This document shows positions 44,671 to 57,300 of a stretch of 64,000 nucleotides of DNA, one piece after another. Where the stretch lies: the NCBI GenBank assembly GCA_907165135.1, contig OU015569.1, forward strand, positions 11,160,001 through 11,224,000, in the 5' to 3' direction. Numbering within the stretch: position 1 is the first letter of the stretch; each line of letters opens with the position of its first letter. Position numbers and translations under genes: made by a program. Under the pieces are notes generated by a model. The model was not told the DNA's origin. It ran no database searches and worked only from the letters and a program-made list of their open reading frames with translations. Origin of the DNA: Oikopleura dioica (Eukaryota; Animalia; Chordata).

Positions 44671-47600
44671 TTACGATTCTATGAGAAAATCATCTTTTGA
44701 TGAAATATTTTTCTCTTCTGTCGTCTCTTCTTTCTCTAGCCCCGAAATAATTGCCTTCGTCTCAGCTGAAATTCTTTCTGTGATGACGTCTTTCCATTTA
44801 TTCGACGCAGCGGTTGACAATTTGCTGTAAAATTCAGGGTCTTGAATGTTTTCCAAAAAGGACACTTCTCGGTTGTAGGCAGCGATGAAAGAACCTCCGT
44901 TAGATCTTTTTCGGGCATTTTTCAATTCGCACTTTTTGCTTCCGAACAGGTTTGAGAACGCTTTCCTGAGGTATTCCAAGATAAAGACGGTCGGAATTGC
45001 AATCATGGAGGAGGACGCGAGGCAAACTCCAAAAGCATCGGCCCAAGCTGGATACAAGTACGTTTTGTCATAAACCGTTCTTCCCATTTGAGTCAGTTTG
45101 ATGACAAAAACCAGCATGCAAACAATGGGAGTGATGAACTGCCAGAGATAGCCGAAGATGTACCAAGGGTAGCGGAAGACGTTGATTTCCTTAAAAATAA
45201 CGGTGTCTCAATATCGAATCTAGCAGTAAAATCCATTACCTTGCTATACATGAGGCTGAGTTTCTTGTAGTAATTATCCCGCCCGTGAATCCAAGCCACA
45301 ACCGACGTCTGGAAAAATGCCACCCACAAGAGGCACAGTCCGGACGCTCCATAAATGTCGAAAATTTGGAAGACGTAAATTCCACCCTAAAATAATCAAT
45401 AGTCGTAATTCTTATCGTCTATTTTTTTCTTACATCAGTCATCATTGGCAGTCCGACCAGGAAGCAGAGGAGACAAATACAACCGACGAGAATGGGACGT
45501 CCCGTCGAACTCGTCTTGAATTGTTTTGGGTAGAGATCGGCAATCATGGCGGCGAGACCGTCAACGCCGACGTAGCTAGGTTTGCATTTTTAGAAACTGG
45601 AAACTACAGAGGCTCTCTTTTACTTACTGGCTAGCGAGGCCGAGCATCAAAAGCATCGTGAAGAAAAGAATGGCCCAGAGATTGGGAAGGGGCATCAAAC
45701 TCACTGCTCGAGGATAAACGATAAAAGCAAGTCCGGGGCCACTTTCAGCGATGTCAGCAACGTCGATTCCTGTCAATGTGGACATGTAGCCGAGAATCGA
45801 AAAGATAGCGAAGCCGGAGAAGAAGGATGCGGATGCTAAGGAAAGAAATAAGTCAATTTATCTCTACAAGGGGTTACCATTAAATCCGCAAAGAAATAGG
45901 GACCATTTGAAGCTGTTGAAATGAAAGTCGTTGTAAGAACCAAGCGCGATTGCTGTTCCAATGCCGATCATGTAGCTGAAGAAGACTTGTGTTCCGGCGT
46001 CGATCCAGACATTGATCTCCAAAAGTTTTGGGAAATTCGGCTGAAACAACGGTTTATCTCAAGGCTTCAAAGAAATGCCACGAAGGCGAAACCTTTAAAT
46101 AAATTGCCCGAAATACCTTGAGATAAAAAGCGAGTCCTTTTGCTGCTCCTTTTAAGGTGACCCCTCGGACGATGAGAATCATCATCATGACAAGCGGAAA
46201 CGTCGAGGTGACATAAACGGACTTTCCAGTCGACTTCGTTCCTCGAAAAATGCAAAAGTAGCTGACCACCCACATGACAAAAACAGTCCCAACAATTTCC
46301 CACCGCAGAGCACCAATGTCATCGATTCCAGCTGAATTATGAACTTGAAGAGTGCGTCTTTTCCAAAACTCCAGCTCTGGATAACTCGTTGCGCTGTCTG
46401 CTGGACAGAGTTCCGGTCGTTCGAGAATGCTTCATCTTGTGCTATAGGCTATAGCATATGAAATATTCAACTGAAAAGGCTATATAATGATATAGTACTA
46501 GTAATTTAGTGTTAATCTAAAAAGGGTTGAAAAATTCTCCTTTTTGACCTTTATTGTTGTGCCTTCCATTTGATCGACAACTCTTGCAGAACACGGAAGA
46601 TCGAAATGTTTTTTTTCTAGAAATGATTGATTTATAAAAGACCATAAATGAGACTTCATTCTTCTTTTTAAAAGTTTAAAGCAATTGAAGTTGTTTGATA
46701 TATAGATCGTATCCATGCAATGAAGTGAAATTCCTTCATGATTATGTAATAATAGTGTGATAAATAAAATACGATTGACAAATGAAAACCTCTCTCCCTA
46801 CTTAGGGGACTATCACTAAATAGGGTTAACCCTATTCAGACTTTAATCTCTAAAAGCCCTTTTTAGTCAAAATAGTCGATCTCTGCGGTATTCTCTAGTC
46901 TACGAAAATAGCACTTTCCTAGAATTAGTAAGAGGATCTTTGACAATTGTGGTCGTGCAGCACTCCGAATTCCACTCGTTGTCACAAGTTGTCCACGGCA
47001 GCGGGGATCGAGCACTGTTCATCAAGTAGAAAAGCGCCCAGCCGAGAATGATGATATAGTAGCAATTTAGCCAGAAGATGATGATTGCCGAACACCATCC
47101 GATTCCCTTTTTTGTTGTTTTATTACTTTGTTCTTTTAAGTAATCGTTAGGGAATTTTAGGCTAAGTCTTCTTTTTTTCCAAATAGGAAGTCGTAAATTT
47201 GCCTTTCTTTTCAAAAAAAAAAAATTCGTAAAATCAATAAAAGTTATTGATTAGCCCATAAAGACTACAACTAGGGTCTCACGGGTTCAAGTACAAATTC
47301 CAAGGACTTTGATGATCACATAAATTTCTTTGTGAAAATATAAGAAAAAGAAGCTTTTTGCTGAATTTGAGTCCTAGATTCGTCAAGTCTATGAATATTT
47401 TAAATAAGAAAAATAACCGATCTTTCTATTTAAAACATTCCTTGAAAGCAGGCACTAAATTCCAAGCGGTGATTCCCGCCTGCTGCATAAACTGGCCGAG
47501 GGAAGTCTCAAGCAAAAAGATAGGAATTCCGCCAAGGAACAAGAACGTAAAGTAAGGAATAAGAAAGGCTCCACCTCCATTCTTGTAGCACAAGTACGGA

Positions 47601-48029
47601 AAGCGCCAGACATTTCCGAGGCCGATCGCGCCGCCAACAAGGGCGAATATGTACTCTCTCTGGTTCAGGGTTCGGTAATTTGAGCTCAAGCTAAAACTCA
47701 TTTTGGCTAGACGCTCAAATTTCCTCAAATTGAGAACTCAAAGTGACTTGAGAAATCATTTTGAGAAGATTTGAGAGTTTTGGGAGTTTTGAGTTTTTGG
47801 GAGATTTGAGAGTTTTGAGTTTTCAAAACTCAAATTAAGCGAGCGCTTCCCTGATTGGCTCATGGATCGCCAGAATTGATTTCTCACGTGAGCTCTCATC
47901 TCTGAGTTCTCAAAACTCAAATTAAAAAACGTGCGTCTCAAGCTTTGTTTCCTTGAGTTTTAGCGTGAGCTCAAATTACCGAACCCTGCTCTGGTTGCCC
48001 CACTTCTGGGCCTGGATCTCTTTCGCCAT
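44671..48029 (-). CDS. SLC6 neurotransmitter:sodium symporter (GABA/taurine/creatine-type)
   Basis: [68 protein letters not shown]. Start provisionally [13 protein letters not shown] at 48029; C-terminus ends at 44671. Confidence 0.92.
47666..47988. mobile_element. 323 bp hAT-like MITE inserted in SLC6 coding sequence
   Basis: TIR CAGGGTTCGGTAATTTGAGCTC at both ends; 8-bp TSD CTCTGGTT at 47658-47665 and 47989-47996; GAGTTTTGAG subterminal repeats. Confidence 0.9.
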
Positions 48030-48602
48030 TTTACCGGCACTTCCTCTCGTCCGATTCCGACGCTCTTCTCTTCAGGACTTCTTCTGAAAATAGACTGAAA
48101 TGCCCCGCGGGGTAGAGTTAATCCTTTATTTCTTAAGCTCTTATTTCTAATTTCGAAAAAAAATGAAAGTGACAAGTGGGGGCAAAACGAGAGTTGGGGT
48201 GTTCCTTAAAACGGTTTTTATCTTTCTTTTACGAGACTAGTAGTAGTAGCGCCCCACGCTACCAAATTTAGCTCTCGTTATTAAAATGAGAAATGAAAAG
48301 TGGGTATGGCGGTTTTTTTGACAAAAATAAACGAATAAACGAAAAAGCGAGAACAAGGAAGAGAAGCTCGATAATTTACCGCAGCTCGCCACATATTGGG
48401 TCTCACTTACTCCTTGATCTCATTATTCTTTTCTTATACTGCGGCGGAGTGTATAATGCTGACGAGGAATCATTTGCATTTTCGGCCGGCCGATTTGCTC
48501 CAGATGTACGCCAAGTATACGCGCACTTGACTCCACTCTTCTTGACACCAGTCGTATTTTGCGATGCGAACCTGAGGGGAAGCACACCAGGAACACCCAG
48601 AG

Positions 48603-49009
48603 CAGAGTTGCAAATTTTGAATAATTTTTCTGAGCTGAGCTGACCTGAGTAAAAATTTCTCTGAGCTGAGCCGGCCTATTTTGGAGATTTCTGAGCTGAG
48701 CTGAGCTGACCTTTTTCAGAGGTCATTGAGCTGAGCTGAGCTGAGCGGACCCTAATTAGAGCTGAGCTGTTTTTTACTGTTTTTTGGCAGTAAAATTGTA
48801 TTCAAATCATTGAGCTGAGCTGAGCTAAGTGATAATTGTCTGAGCTGAGCTGAGCAGAACAGATCATGTTCGAAAATAATTGAGCTGAGCTGAGCTGAGT
48901 GAAAATTGTCTGAGCTGAGCTGAGCAGATCAGATCAGATCATTTTCCAAAATCACTGAGCAGTCGCTCAGCTCAGTCAGCCAGCTCAGCTTAGCAAATTT
49001 GCAACTCTG
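48603..49009. mobile_element. 407 bp hAT-like MITE filled with (GAGCT)n pentamers
   Basis: TIR CAGAGTTGCAAATTT; TSD ACCCAGAG/GCCCAGAG (7/8 match). Confidence 0.85.
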
Positions 49010-51011
49010 GCCCAGAGGCTCTTATGAAAACGAAGCCGCGAAGCGGCTTCGCCAGTTTCTGCAAATTGAATGAAAATTTTCATTTGTAATTTTGTAAGTG
49101 CAACTGTGTTGACAACAGTCGTCAAAGAAATTCGGAAACACCTGAACTTATTTTGGTCAGATCATCTTCTCTTACTCAGGAGAATTTATATAAAAAATTC
49201 ACGGAAAGCACAATTATGGTCTTCGAAAAAGTGATAATTTCTAGAAATTAACAAAATATGGATAGGAATTTTTGAAATTATCTTGCTCTTGTGGAATAGA
49301 TGGATCAATGGAATAGTAGCTGGCTAAATTCATCAATGAAATTGGACTTGAGCGTTGAAAGTTGCAACTTGCAGCTGACTTGACTAACGTGTCTGTGTTG
49401 ATCCAGACTGGCAACGCACCAATCCATTTTGAGAGGCTAAGTGCAATTTATGTTATTAGCCGCCCGGGCTGATCTATCCAAGCGCATAATTCGCTTAAGA
49501 ATCGCACCTATCACCCTTACTTACAAATTAAACAAGTTTAATTTCAATAAATCAGTTTTTAATTAGTCAATTTTGGTTAAAAAAAGTGGTTTAAAAAGTT
49601 ATGATTCATAATTTACGGAAACTTAAAATCAAAGTATATCGGTAATTAAACCAAGGATTAAAGTTTTCTCGGCACGAAAACCGGTGTATTAAACCTGAGT
49701 CAGGATTAGAAAGAGGTTTGGCACTAACCCTAACCCTAACTTTTACGCTAGGTTTCTTTCGAAAAAACACAATAAGGGCGTCATCAAGCTAAAACAGCGC
49801 GAAAGGTCTCCCTTCAAATTTTCCCTTACGGCGAGATCTTTCAAAAATCATTCTCCCGTAATAGTACCGTATTAATGTTTCTTGAAAATTATTGAAAGAT
49901 AGAAGGCAAATGTATAATTCAAGACGATATATCTTTTTTGTCCGTTAATTTAATATTGCAGACAGGATCAAAAAAAAGGTCGATCATTATTTTATTGCTC
50001 TCCAGAACTTCGGAGAAGAGCAAACAGAAGAGAATACAGTATCATTGAATAATTCAAGCATTAGGCATTAATCGTACTCTACTTTTTTCCGCCAGGAGAT
50101 CGATCTGTGCCCACAAATCGCGTTTAATAACGCCACCCGTCACCTCAGAAGCAAAAAAATCAGAATTATTCTTTCTTCAGAGTTTCTTCTTCTTTTGCCA
50201 TTTGTGCTCGTGTGACTTAGTAATACTAAAAAGCCGAACGAAAGAAGAAGTACACCCGCCGCAGCAATGGCTCAAGTCATTACCGAGATGGTGGCTGTTC
50301 TATCGATCACGTGATACAGTAATTGTTTATGACACAAGTGAGAGAGTGAGAGAGAGAGAGGGGGAGGGGAATGCTCTATGCTCCAGTTAGTTTAGCCAGC
50401 ATCATGAACGCGAAAAATCCAGCGAGAGAAAATTCCAGTTTCGAAAATTCAAAGTTCGGCGAATTTCAGAATCAACGAAATCAAGGAGGAGGAGCATCAG
50501 AATTGAGCTACACGAAGGAAGAGGCGAGACGAAATTTAAAATGCAAGAGATAAAATCCATACATTTCATGATCATGCGCAATGTGAATATTCGAATAGGC
50601 GTGAGGATCTGCAGCTAGCATAAATAATTCACGTACGGTGTAATACTTTTTCTGAAAAAATAATTTCTCCTCCTTTTCGGAAGACAAAATATGTCTTTTG
50701 AGAAAACGCGCTCCCATCGCCTCAAACAGCTAAAGCAAAGAATAGAGCCCACCAAGAAAAAACCTTTTCTAAAATACAGTAAGTCAAGTCGAACACGGTT
50801 TTTCTCAATTTTTAGGGTGAGTTTAAATTTTACATCTTCTCTAAATCTTCTTTTCCAAGGGGTTAATGTCGCACAACCCATTTTCTTGAATATTTTTCGG
50901 ACTTTCTTAACACATTGACACCCTTATTCTAACAGTGATCTCAAAATAATATCAAGGGAATAGAAAAAAGAGTAGAATAATATGGCGCTAGAAATCCCAC
51001 TTTGTGATGTC

Positions 51012-51215
51012 CCGGGCTCGGTAACCTGAAAAGAAAATCTGAGTCAGGGTATAAAAATCAAAAATGAAAAGCCGCGTAGCGGCTTTTTTTAAAACGAAGC
51101 CGCTAAGCGGCTTCGCAATATTATTCCTCAATCTTATTTTTAACTTCTACGCGGCTTTTCATTTGTAATCTTATGAACCCTGACTCAGGTTTTTTACTCA
51201 GGTTGCCGAGCCCAG
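51012..51215. mobile_element. 204 bp MITE, CTGGGC family
   Basis: TSD GTGATGTC at 51004-51011 and 51216-51223; internal AAGCCGC-N3-GCGGCTT palindromes. Confidence 0.85.
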
Positions 51216-52109
51216 GTGATGTCCACCCTCAAAAGGGCGTCAAAAACAATTCCACAAACGATTTCAACCCCGTTTTAGCTATGATAAAAAAACATTTTCA
51301 TAAATTTTTAACAATTACACCTTGTCTGGCAGAAAACATCGATAAAACGACACCAGTATCAATTAAATGATTTGACGTAGATTTAAAACCGGCTATCTGC
51401 AATACGGTTTCTGATAGATTTTTGTCCAAAAGCAAATGCAGTAAAAAGGAAGTGGAAATTAATTACGCGGGAGGCTTTGGACTGCGGCTTGGAAGAGAAA
51501 AATCACGTTTCTGTCAAATTAATTCCGACCTTTGGCGGTGTCATTTGATTAGCGCCTGTTCGACGACTGATTAAAAAGCTACAGTCACTTAGCAGCGCGA
51601 GTAGAAGAACTGATGAGCCGGGACAGAGAATAATGTAACGCGCTGGTAGTCAAAGCATAGACTCCAGAGGCGAGAAAAAGTTGATTGAAAATAATTTGGT
51701 CAGGCAGATGATCCGGCTTTGGCTTGGCCCGACTCAAGTGGCCACATAGTTCGTGCATCCTCTTTTTTTTCGCGCCATTCGAGTCTGGCCCTCCTTCGAC
51801 CTTTTTTCCCTCGAATTTTCGGACAAGGGAAAGGAAGATGAAGAGACTGAAGGAGGCCTTTTCGAGCTTCATCTACACCTTGTGCATCGAGGACCAGCGC
51901 GAGGAAGTGAGAGAGATAGAACGCCAAAGGACACGATCTATTGACCCAAGCCACGAAAAATTAGACGCTCAATTTAGACTGCTGAGCTTTGATTTATGCT
52001 CTGATCGTTCTGGCAAGAGTTATTTATCGCTAGCGCTCGATATTGCACCTTTCCTTCTTGGAAGAAAATTTGGGCTTCAAATAGCTTTCATAGCTTGGTC
52101 AGAGTTTTC

Positions 52110-52240
52110 TTAGAGTAGAGCGGCTTTTTTAAAAACAAAGCCACTATCGAAGCCGCTTTTATTTAAAAAGCCGCTCTGCGGCCTCTCTATAAAGCTTTTC
52201 CAGGCCCTGACTCAGGTTTTCTACACAGGTTGCCGGGCAA
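52110..52240. mobile_element. Partial (right-end) copy of the CTGGGC MITE family
   Basis: AAGCCGCTCTGCGG and CCCTGACTCAGGTTTTCTACACAGGTTGCCG; left TIR not found. A similar partial copy lies at ~58110-58190. Confidence 0.6.
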
Positions 52241-54323
52241 AGTTACCGTTGTACTTTTAATACTGTGATTTAGTGTATGTATCTGTAGATGTCTTGATAA
52301 TAGCCTGTCTGATATTGTCCGAAGATATCGATAAAACGACAGAAGTATCAATTTTTAGTAAGCCTAACTCCCAAGAGAAGCAAAAATGCGGAGTTTCTGT
52401 AAAGATGCTTTTTTGCAAAGTTCTAATGCTACTAAAGGAGGTTGCATAATTCGTGCTGATTCTATGCTTTTCGGATTGAGATGTATTTATTATTCGGTAG
52501 ATGTAGTGAGTGCCAGGCTGGGTCATTAGGGCCCATCGGCTCAAGCTCACATGCGATCTGAGTTTTAATCAAGCCAGCGAGAGTGACAATTGAAATCTGC
52601 CTAAGCCGCCCAGATCAGAGTAGAAGGCTTGTCCAGATCGTCTTCAAGACAGTTCATGCATGAGAGGGAGCTCATAGAAAATGGGCACGCCGGTTCAGAC
52701 TCGGAAACGCGCGATCAGCTGATTAGTGACATTCAAGAGAGCTGCTTGTACCGACATCTTCCCAGCAACAGTAAACTTGCCTTCAGTAGAAATAGAAACT
52801 AACGGTCTTGATCAAAAAATTTTAGAGAAAAAAAGAGGAAATTTTTACTAGAAAGCCTACTGATACAGTATTCAATTTCGCGCTTGAGTAATCAATAGCT
52901 GCATTTGAGAAGACAAGTCTGAAAAGGGCTGAACCACAAAAACAGGGCTGGTGATAGCGACGTCTAGTCAGAAAGAGTTGATAAAGAACTCTGCCGTTTC
53001 CGAAATGACCACGAGACAATCGATCAGCACTCTAAATAATCGACGTCATGGCTAATAACTTGTCTCCAAATTCTGGTCAAAGACCTTTTCAAATGGCATT
53101 TTCATTTTGGCATTTTTAAAAGATGCATTAGAGTGTCAAAAACAGCCTTTTTGAAATAACTCTTCTTTGAAATTATTTTTATTTCTAAATTGAATTAAAT
53201 TTTGTCATTTTTTCCGGCTGTGAAATCAACAACGAGAAAGAATGCATACTTACAGATAACCAGAAGCTAAAAGAATGAGAATGAGAATTGGTGTTAAAAT
53301 CTGATTCTGATCGATCGTGTCAGAATCAAGTGCTCCAAGGGCAACGGGCTGTCGCCGGCGCCAGCGACCCCAAAGTTGACCTCGTTGTCTTCAATTGCAC
53401 CGCGCTCAGAATAGCTCTCGCGAATAATTCGTTTTTTTTTTCTTCTACAAAATAAGAAGAGCTTTTTTGTTGTCTAACTGAAGTACTTTAGATAGTGATG
53501 TGAACAAGAGAGTTCAATGGACAGAATCTGCAAAAGTAAGTAAATCTATTAATCTTCTTTTTCTTCCATCTTGGCAGGGATTTTCAAGGCGGGGTTTGTC
53601 GTGAATGTTGATTTTCTAGCATCCATACATAGTAATACAATAAAGTAACTCAATCTTCTTTTGCTTCAATTATTTTTACACCTTTAATTTCAGTGAGTGA
53701 GGTCTTTTCTCAAATTTTGAAAGTAATTATCTCACTAAAGAGCCTTTACTTATGTCTATCATCAATTTTGAAGCAGATTCTTTCCATGACCGTAACCCTA
53801 AATCATATGTACTGACAGATTAAAAATCTTCTTTCCTAGTGATTTTAGATAGTAACCCTAACCCTAACCCTAACCTCGACCCCCTTACTTCAAAAATTTT
53901 ATAGTAATTTTTTTGAATGAACGACATAAACCCCCTTAAAAACCGCCACGATAGAATGAGTAGACTTCCAGCTAAAATTCTGTTCTCATTCTCGATTTAT
54001 GCAAGCTTACTGCGCTCTTACTGGGAAAATGTTCTCAAGATAGATCTGGCGCGCTTAGACCACTTCTACAGTACATGTTGAGCATGAATAATCCTCGAAG
54101 CTCAGTATAAGCACAGTGATTTGTCTCCTGAAAACGTCGCCTTGCGTTTTGCGTGATTTGACGAGCGGGAAAAAAAAGAGCCGAGCTAGATTTCGAATCG
54201 CACTGATAAATAAAAATGAGTTCCCGCCGCGATCAGGATTCTTACTGTACTTCTTTTTAGTAGTGAGTAGCTTCACAGTCCCGAAATCACTACATATTCC
54301 TTTTTTATTATTTTTTGTTTCAG

Positions 54324-57300
54324 TGGCATTCGTCGGCCAGCTTGTTGAAGCGCGAGCAGAAGGACCACAACTTGGGCAGAAAGAGGAACCAGAGCACGGC
54401 AGACATCGCAGATGTAAAGTACTCGCCCTCAGATATGCTCAGGCTCTTCCTGCGTAAAAAACAAGGTAAGCAGAATTTACAGTCAGGGCTGCCAGTTCAG
54501 CCCCCTTCGGCCAAACTCATGGCCTAACTAACGATGAATTCCAGAAGGAACAAATCGAATAGCATCTGGCTCGATGTCCGTCCCGACCTCCAAATTCAGC
54601 CTGCGCTGGTACGGCTCCCACAAGGCGCTAGAAAACGAGCGCTCGCGGCAAAAGTCGTACGGCGTCTTCATCATCCACCCGTACTCCAATTTCAGGTATT
54701 CGCTAAGCTAAACTAATCTTTATTGATCATTCTATCATTATTCCGAAAGCAAATCGGCAGAAGCAAAATGTGTAAGGAGTATACATACAGGACTTCATCA
54801 TTTATGCAGGCATATCTTATACAAACCTAGCGCGCTGTTCTTTTTTTTTTCTTGGAATGGCACAAATGGCCCCTCGCCCAAATCTAATCGACCCGAAACG
54901 CAAATTTTTGTAAAACAGAGAAACCCTTATTGAAACTTCGAAGAGCACTTCTTTGTAAGTAAAAATAGTAATAAGTAATTACTAAAAAAATAGAAGGGCT
55001 ACTTAAAATGTCGACAAATCGAGGTCCAGATTCCTAAAATGTTGATTCGTCAATTAATAAGTCAAACCCTAACCCTAACCCCAACCCTCAAATTTAATAA
55101 CTAAAAAAACCTTTAAAATCTCGACAAATCAACATTTTAGGAATCTGAGGCCCCGCTTTGTCGAACATTTTAGGGTAGCATTTCTATTTTCAAAAGAAGT
55201 ATGATAGCATAGTATTGCTCCTCCTCCTTTTTTTCTTGCTCCTGACTGGATCAAACTGCAACTCATAAGTATTTTAAATGAGTTTGGCGCGGAGTTTCGA
55301 GCGTTCTTTCTTTCCCCGTGTTTAGCGAAAATTGTAGATATAGCGATAGGCAGAGATTCGAAAACTTAATTCGGTAATGGGATCAAAGAAGGCGCTAGTC
55401 GCTACTTCAGAATCCTACGGGCTACGAGCTAAGCTGAATAATAGAGCGATGAGCAGCACTTGAAGGAAGGTCCCGAATCCCTACGGGACAACGCAGCGGC
55501 CCGATCCTACCAACAACTACAACTCAGACTAAGACCAACCAGATGGATATCAAAAGAGAAACAATATCAAAATTGAACAGAAGCAGATAGCCCCAGCGGC
55601 GACTCCTGACACCCGATGGAGAGCAACACTCCCTCCAAGAAAGCTCTTTCTGTCGAAGTCCAGTTTCATTTCATTACTTTTTTGTTGTTTTTTTTTAAAT
55701 CTTCAACTCTTCAAAACTGATCCAAAAGACGACCAAGAGCTGCTGCAGCGGCGGAAATTGTTCAAAAGAGAGAATTCAATCGCCGTAATAGGAAGAGTGA
55801 CACAATCAAATCTGACAATAATTAAGGATCTCCTCGTTGATTCTTCTTTTATTTTTGTTCAATATTTGAGTAGAAAAATGACAAATTTAATCTTTCAATC
55901 GACAGAAAATGCGATAATATTGAAGAAAATTTTGATTAAATTTTCGACCAATCAGCTGACCGCATTCAGCCGGTAGGCCAATAAGATTTCAGAAAAAAAA
56001 ACTGTCGAAAAAAATTGAGTTTTTATCGAATTTTCTGGCGACTCGAGCCACCACCCAATATTTTAGGCCGAATTTTTTTGATTATTTTTTTTTCTAGCAC
56101 TTTTGAAAGGCCGTGTCTACCAAGATACCGACCTAGAGTTGACTTCGGAAGAGAAAGAAGTGTTTCTCAAGCGCTGTACTTCAGGTTTTCAGGTTTTCCA
56201 ATAAGTATGTCAAGTTATTACAGTGAAAAATTAAGCTGCTAACATTCGACATTTTTGAGAAACCTGCTTGTCAGTACCGCGATCGGGTTCAAGTTCATTG
56301 CCGCTGTTCATTATTTTTTCATGTCGCCCCGGCCACTAGCTCATATTCTGGATAGGATACTCCCCGCATACTATATTCATGCCCAGCAGTATCAATTGTG
56401 TCAGACATGTTCTTCTGCGTCGTTTTCGCTCAATCACTTTCGCAACAGAAAAAACTTGAGCTTCATTTTTAATTCAAAAACGTAGAATTTCAAATTTGTT
56501 CAAAATTGATTTTCCTCGATCTATCTATAACATTCAGCTTGTTGTTTTCTATTCTGACAAGTTGAGCTCAGTTTTTATTGTCTTTTTAGCGCATTTTTTA
56601 GCGCGCAGCTACTTGAACAAGTGTTAAATTTTAAGACAGGGACAGCAATAAACATGCAATGTGCAGATCAGAGTCCAAAGAAAGAGAGAGAAAGAGAAAC
56701 GCTCGATGGCGATTTTCTCCGGCGAGGCACCATTTAAACCGCCCCAGAAAGCTTATGAACCCGGGAAAAAGCCTGGCGAGGGGCCCTTCCCAGCTACAAA
56801 CACTTTAAAAGCGACAGCGGGCGTTTGTGCCCGCAATTTCAGAGTGCCTGATTCAAAATTTGCACTGCGCGTCTTCGGATCCTACAAAGCCATAGGAACG
56901 TCTTCATTTTCTTAAAAAGGTCTAAAAAACAGTAACATTTTTAGTAATTAACTTTGTCTAAAAATTACTTTTGAAAGTTAATTCGTGTCATCTTCTCTAC
57001 TGTAACGAGGCAAAAGACCTGAAAATAGAGCAGGAACGAGAAAGGCAGAATGACATTAATGGAGTCATCATCCATCCCTACTCCAATTTTAGGTGCACCA
57101 GCAGTAACCATTTCAGACTAACATCGGCAACCTGAGAAGAAAACCTGAGTCAGGGTTCTCAAATAGTAAAATGAAAAGCCGCATAGCGGCTTTTTTTTTA
57201 ACGAAGCCGCAAAGCGGCTTCGCTAGTTAAAACAATTCATTGAGATGATTACTTTGGCGAAGCCGCTCTGCGGCTTCGTATTTAAAGAAAGCCGCTACGC

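Noticed and set aside
48620-48990. Regularly spaced repeats resembling a CRISPR array or Ig switch region
   Set aside because: Pentamer runs inside a TIR/TSD-bounded eukaryotic MITE; no constant repeat-spacer structure and no cas genes.
51250-53050. Possible degraded non-LTR retrotransposon (GGLG and Y..L..S.L.Y-like peptides on the minus strand; two weakly similar blocks at ~51330 and ~52320)
   Set aside because: Motifs too short and interrupted; no RT core found.
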